From Chthoniobacteraceae bacterium (lineage in GTDB: Bacteria; Verrucomicrobiota; Verrucomicrobiia; Chthoniobacterales; Chthoniobacteraceae), in contig JBEBGD010000011.1 of the NCBI GenBank assembly GCA_040081625.1, forward strand, positions 1-64,000: DNA of 64,000 nucleotides, given 5' to 3'. The notes under the pieces were generated by a model. It did not search any database and had not been told where the DNA came from. It saw nothing but the letters and a program-made list of their open reading frames with translations. Shown here in pieces: positions 59,847 through 64,000 of this stretch; positions within the stretch are counted from its first letter, which is position 1; every line of letters starts with the position of its first letter. A program made the position numbers and the translations under genes.

Positions 59847-60544
59847 GGGAGTTCGCGGATGCGGAGTTTGCGGAAGATGATCGGTGAGCCTTCGCTCTCG
59901 AGGCAGAGGAAGCCCTGCGCGGGATCGCACGCGGTGCCGCCGGAGACTTCCTCGCCATTCACCCACAGCCGCACTTCGCCGTTGATCGCGCGGATGTAGT
60001 ATTGGTTCCACTCGCCGCTGCCTTTCGCGAGATGCTTGCGCGGGAAGCTGCGGCTGCCATCGGGCGAGAGCGGTGGGAAGGGCGTCATCTTCACGCCGAC
60101 GGGGAAGACGTCGCCGTTCGTGCCGAACCAATCGGTCTTCCCGCCGCGCGCGGCGACCTGCTCGGTGTAGCCGTGGTCGAGCACCTGCACTTCGATCCCG
60201 CGTGGCAGGCCGGGTTTGCCCGCGGCGGTGAGCCTCTCGATCGACTCTGGCGTGGCCCACACGAAGACGCCGGAATTTCCGCCGGGCTTTTGATGGCTCC
60301 ACTCGACGACGAGTTCGAAGTTGCGGACCTCCTTTGTCGTGCGGATGACGCTGGTCGGTTTGCCCGTGCAATGCAGCGCGCCGTCCTTCCACGACCATGT
60401 GTCGTCGGCGCTGTTGACCTTCGTGAAATCCTCCGCCGTCAGCGCGCGCCAGCCGGGTTGTTCGTCGTCGATGACGGCGCGGACGGGTGACTGCGCGAGC
60501 GCAGGAGTGGCGAACAAGGCGAGGGTCAGGAGGGCGAGGCGCAT
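59843..60544 (-). CDS. DUF1080 (3-keto-disaccharide hydrolase-like) protein
   Basis: NFELVVEW; GNSGVF; IEVQVLD; GEWN; LESEG; FRKLRIREL. Confidence 0.9.
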   Translation of the reverse strand: MRLALLTLALFATPALAQSPVRAVIDDEQPGWRALTAEDFTKVNSADDTWSWKDGALHCTGKPTSVIRTTKEVRNFELVVEWSHQKPGGNSGVFVWATPESIERLTAAGKPGLPRGIEVQVLDHGYTEQVAARGGKTDWFGTNGDVFPVGVKMTPFPPLSPDGSRSFPRKHLAKGSGEWNQYYIRAINGEVRLWVNGEEVSGGTACDPAQGFLCLESEGSPIIFRKLRIRELP

Positions 60545-60586
60545 ACGGGGAGAGTGAGAGGATTTAGTGCGGGGGCTTAGTTTGGA

Positions 60587-60660
60587 ACCACAGAGACACA
60601 GAGAACACTGAGATGGATTTGTGCGATCACGAAGCCGTATCGAGTCGTCTTCTCTGTGGT
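60587..60660. repeat. REP-like palindromic element
   Basis: Perfect 10-bp IR ACCACAGAGA / TCTCTGTGGT with internal CACAGAGA iterations; same core as the palindrome at 10674-10754. Confidence 0.6.
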
Positions 60661-60664
60661 AAAA

Positions 60665-62020
60665 TCAGTTCCCACGCTTCTTCTTGCCGCCCGAATTGTA
60701 ATCGCGCCACCACGGCGGGCCTTCGGCTTCGATCTCGGCGTTGAGCTTCACGAGCGCGGCTTTCATCTCGGCAAATTTCGCGGGCTCGCTCGCTCTGAGT
60801 TCTTTCTTCTCCTGCCAGTCCGCTTGCAGGTTGTAGAGTTCGAACTTCGTCAGCGCTTCGTCGGCGAGGATCTTCCAGTCGCCGATTCGCATCGCGGTCT
60901 TCAGCGGCTCGGGCGCGATGGTGCAGCGCCAGTAGAGCGGGCGAGCACGCTCGACGGGCTTTCCTTCGAGCGCGGCGAGCAGGTTGCCGCCGTCGAGCAC
61001 GCGGTCTTTCGGCAAGGCCGCGCCCGCTGCGGTGGCGACGGTCACGAAAATGTCCGAGCCGATCACCGGCACATCGCTCGTCGAGCCGGGCTTCGTCTTC
61101 CCCGGCCAGCGCACGAGGCCCGGCACGCGGATCCCGCCCTCATACACGGCGCGCTTGCGTCCGCGCAGCCCGCCGCTCGATCCGCGACCGGGCGACTTGA
61201 TGCCGTCGCCCTCGGGGCCGTTGTCGGAGGTGAAGATGACGATCGTGTCGCCGGCGAGCTTGAGCTCATCGAGCGCGCGCATGAGCTGGCCGAAGGCGTG
61301 ATCGAGCTGCGTCACGTTCGCGTGATGCTCGCGCTGCACATCGTCGGTGAGCTGCGGATACTTCGCCTTAAACTCCGGCGCGGACTTGATCGGGTAATGC
61401 GGCTCGTGCGTCCACACGCTGAGCAGGAAGGGCTTCGACTTGTCGCGATGTTCCTTCAGCCACGTGATCGCCTCCTTCACGATGAACGGCGCGGAGTAGT
61501 CCTCGACCTTGCCGATCGGCTCGCCGTTGCGGACGAAGTTCACCGGGTGCTCGTGCGAAGGCGCGGCGTTGTTCTGCGTCGCGAGCCACCAGTCGTAGCC
61601 GTGGTCGTTCGGCTGCGGCTGCGTCGGCTTGTTGAAGTGCGAGTTGAGGTGCCACTTGCCGACGTGGCACGTCGTGTAGCCCACGGTCTTGAGCAGCTTC
61701 GGCAGCGCGACCTCGCTCGTGCGCAGGTGGATCTCGCGCCCCTCGGGGATCCAGGTGAACACGCCATTCCGATACGGCGTCCGCCCCGTGAGAATCGCCG
61801 AGCGCGACGGCGAACACACCGCGCTCGCCGAGTAGCACTGCGTCAGCCGCGTCCCCTGCTTCGCGAAGGCGTCGAGGTTCGGCGTCTGGATGACCGGATG
61901 CCCCTGGCAACCGAGATCGCCCCAGCCGAGATCGTCGGCGAGAAAGACGACGACGTTCGGCGCGGCGAAGGCGGAGGACGTGAGGGCGAGAAGCGCGAGG
62001 AAGCGGAGGGTGGTTTTCAT
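60665..62020 (-). CDS. Arylsulfatase
   Basis: PNVVVFLADDLG; CSPSR; GKWHL; SDNG. Confidence 0.95.
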   Translation of the reverse strand: MKTTLRFLALLALTSSAFAAPNVVVFLADDLGWGDLGCQGHPVIQTPNLDAFAKQGTRLTQCYSASAVCSPSRSAILTGRTPYRNGVFTWIPEGREIHLRTSEVALPKLLKTVGYTTCHVGKWHLNSHFNKPTQPQPNDHGYDWWLATQNNAAPSHEHPVNFVRNGEPIGKVEDYSAPFIVKEAITWLKEHRDKSKPFLLSVWTHEPHYPIKSAPEFKAKYPQLTDDVQREHHANVTQLDHAFGQLMRALDELKLAGDTIVIFTSDNGPEGDGIKSPGRGSSGGLRGRKRAVYEGGIRVPGLVRWPGKTKPGSTSDVPVIGSDIFVTVATAAGAALPKDRVLDGGNLLAALEGKPVERARPLYWRCTIAPEPLKTAMRIGDWKILADEALTKFELYNLQADWQEKKELRASEPAKFAEMKAALVKLNAEIEAEGPPWWRDYNSGGKKKRGN

Positions 62021-62030
62021 GTTTGGTGAA

Positions 62031-63542
62031 TCAAGGATTGATGAGCAACGGCGCCCACAGGCCGGGCTGGAGTTCGGGCGTCTTGCCGTCGGCGGGGTAG
62101 GTCGTTTTCGCGGCGGCGTGGAGCTGCGCGGAGAGGTCGGCGATCGTCTTCGCCTGCGCGGGGACGCTGGCGAGGTTGGTGAGTTCCTGAGGGTCGGCGT
62201 CGTGATCGTAGAGCTCGCGGCCTTGCTTGCCTTCGTCCCACTCGGTGTAGCGCCAGCGCGGCGTGCGCAGGCTGTAGCCGAAGAAACGTTTGCCATCGTC
62301 GCCAGCGGCCGGGCTGGCGCCGAAGCGTTTGAAGCCGCCGCCGCGCACGACTTGCGAGAGCGCCCAGCCGCGGCCTTTCGCGTTCGCGTCCTTGAGCATC
62401 GGCGCGAGGCTCTGGCCTTGCAGGTTCGCGGGCGCCTTTACGCCGGCGAGGGCGGTGAGCGTCGGGTAAAGATCGAGGTGGCTCACCGGCTCTTTCACCA
62501 CCGAGCCGCGTTGCGCGCCGGGTGCGACGACGAGCAGCGGCACGCGCGCGCTTCCCTCAAAGATGCTCTGCTTTTGCCACAGGCCGTGCTCGCCGGTGTG
62601 ATACCCGTGATCGCTCGTGAAGACGATGATCGTATTCTCCGCGAGCCCAAGCCGGTCGAGCGCGTCGATGACGCGACCGACCTGCGCGTCCATGAAGCTG
62701 ATGCTCGCCGAGTAAGCTTGGAGCGCCTCGCGCCGCAGGTCGTCGGTGAGCTTGTCCTGCTCCTTTTTGTAGCTGCCGAGCGCCGCCGGCGGCAGGTCGG
62801 CCTGGTCCTCCTTCACGTTCTGCACGACGCGCATTTTCTCCACCGGATGCATGTCGAAATATTTCTTTGGTGCGACATACGGTGTGTGTGGGCGGAAAAA
62901 CCCGACGGCGAGAAAGAACGGGCGATCCTTCCGCTTCGCGCAGCGTTCGAGCACCCACTCGGCGTCCTCGGCCTCGATCGCGTCGGTGTGATGCTCGTCG
63001 CTCTTCGGCGACGCATACCAGCTCAGCGTCCCGCCGAATTGATTCGGCGTGAGGCTGAAGATCTTCGGATGCTCCTCAGTGCGATCGACGCCTGCGGGAT
63101 TGAGCTCGAGCTCCCACGAAGCGGGGTCGTCGTGTCCGTCGGTGCCGACGGAATTGGGCACGTTGTAGTGGTAGAGCTTGCCGATGCGCGCGGCGAAGTA
63201 ACCCGCCTGCCGGAACGCCTGCGACAGACTCACGTGCTGCGGGATGGTCTGCCGGAAAATCTGCGCGTTGGAGAGGATGCCGGTGCTGTTCGGGTAAAGC
63301 CCGGTGAGCATCGAGTTCCGGCTCGGCCCGCACAGCGGAAAGGTGCAATACGCGCGATCGAACCGCACGCCGCGCGCCGCGAGCTTGTCGAGGTTCGGAG
63401 TCTTCGCGTGAGCGGAGCCGTAGCAGCCGAGGTCGTTGTTGAGGTCGTCCGAGATGATGAATAGGACGTTCGGGCGCTTGGTGTCGGCGGCGTGCGCGAC
63501 GCCGAGCAGGCAGAGGGCGGTGGCGAGGAGGTGGAGCTTCAT
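62031..63542 (-). CDS. Sulfatase (iduronate-2-sulfatase-like)
   Basis: PNVLFIISDD; CGPSR; RPHTP; SDHGYH. Confidence 0.95.
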   Translation of the reverse strand: MKLHLLATALCLLGVAHAADTKRPNVLFIISDDLNNDLGCYGSAHAKTPNLDKLAARGVRFDRAYCTFPLCGPSRNSMLTGLYPNSTGILSNAQIFRQTIPQHVSLSQAFRQAGYFAARIGKLYHYNVPNSVGTDGHDDPASWELELNPAGVDRTEEHPKIFSLTPNQFGGTLSWYASPKSDEHHTDAIEAEDAEWVLERCAKRKDRPFFLAVGFFRPHTPYVAPKKYFDMHPVEKMRVVQNVKEDQADLPPAALGSYKKEQDKLTDDLRREALQAYSASISFMDAQVGRVIDALDRLGLAENTIIVFTSDHGYHTGEHGLWQKQSIFEGSARVPLLVVAPGAQRGSVVKEPVSHLDLYPTLTALAGVKAPANLQGQSLAPMLKDANAKGRGWALSQVVRGGGFKRFGASPAAGDDGKRFFGYSLRTPRWRYTEWDEGKQGRELYDHDADPQELTNLASVPAQAKTIADLSAQLHAAAKTTYPADGKTPELQPGLWAPLLINP

Positions 63543-64000
63543 GGTTGTGGGAAGGTGGCGGTGAGATCGAGGGTGTCGGCGAGTTGCTTTTGCAGCGCAA
63601 CGAGCCGTTTGAACAGCTCGCGCCGCCGCTCCGCGTGCGCCGGGTCGGCGGCGAGGTCGCGTGTCTCCTGCGGATCCCTGGCGAGATCGTAAAGGCGCAG
63701 CGCTTTGACCTTCGGATACGCGATCAACTTCCACCCCTCGTGCGTGATCGCGCGCTGCAACTCGAGATAGGCGCCGTAAACGGATTCGTAGGCCGATGCC
63801 TTCCGCTCGCCGCTCAGCAGCGGACGCAGCGACTGGAAAAACACGTGCGCCGGTTTCTCCGCGCCAGCGAGGTCGAGCGCCGTAGCCATCACGTCCTGGA
63901 GGTAGATCGGCGCGTCGATCTTCGCGCCCGCCGCGACGCCCGGCCCGGCGACGAGGAAGGGCACGCGCACGCTGTGATCATACATGTTCTGCTTCCCGAA
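63539..64000 (-). CDS. Sulfatase, C-terminal part (truncated by window edge)
   Basis: GKQNMYDHSVRVP; WKLI; LYDLARDPQE. Confidence 0.9.
   Translation of the reverse strand, partial: FGKQNMYDHSVRVPFLVAGPGVAAGAKIDAPIYLQDVMATALDLAGAEKPAHVFFQSLRPLLSGERKASAYESVYGAYLELQRAITHEGWKLIAYPKVKALRLYDLARDPQETRDLAADPAHAERRRELFKRLVALQKQLADTLDLTATFPQP

Noticed and set aside
3125..63464. Many long antisense or alternate-frame ORFs (e.g. 3125-5197+, 20324-22561-, 39490-42249+, 54323-57025+)
   Set aside because: Shadow ORFs expected from high-GC codon bias; Arg/Ala-rich, with no motifs, and overlapping well-supported genes.
8377..63734. Long N-terminal extensions in the ORF track (e.g. 10449, 36696, 42405, 46360, 52423, 60398, 62296 starts)
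   Set aside because: They overlap upstream genes; internal starts give proper signal peptides and ATGA coupling.
1..64000. CRISPR array, tRNA, rRNA, riboswitch
   Set aside because: No regularly spaced repeats or recognisable RNA gene signatures seen by eye; intergenic gaps are short. Infernal/tRNAscan would be needed to exclude small RNAs.

Overview
High-GC (roughly 65-70% by spot counts) bacterial DNA whose gene content and style point to the PVC superphylum, most likely Verrucomicrobiota (inference). Most of the window is a dense minus-strand catabolic cluster of predicted secreted enzymes: 16 complete plus 1 partial Cys-type (formylglycine) sulfatases, esterases, two phosphoesterases, two neutral-ceramidase-like amidohydrolases, a PVC-type heme-binding dehydrogenase, an FAD oxidoreductase and a Gfo/Idh/MocA + DUF1080 pair. 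I recognised no classical glycoside hydrolase, transporter or sulfatase maturase. Two lower-GC cassettes sit between sulfatase genes. The first is a type II Zorya anti-phage locus (zorA-zorB-zorE) whose zorA is split by a frameshift right at the end of its third transmembrane helix, followed by an unannotated TA-like two-gene module. The second is an uncharacterised DUF5131 (Gp37/Gp68, three-Cys motif) + TcmP methyltransferase-like gene pair. The only internal plus-strand operon (ECF sigma, anti-sigma, Spy/CpxP-like, YHYH/EF-hand protein, sulfatase, metallophosphoesterase, EF-hand esterase) is divergent from an OmpR-family two-component system. The motif GCTTCA-N6-CTTAAGGT-NN-GAGCAG lies upstream of both the regulator and the YHYH gene. 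A MITE-like element and a related REP-like palindrome lie in intergenic gaps. No rRNA, tRNA or CRISPR array was seen. All family calls come from motif recognition by eye, not from database searches.
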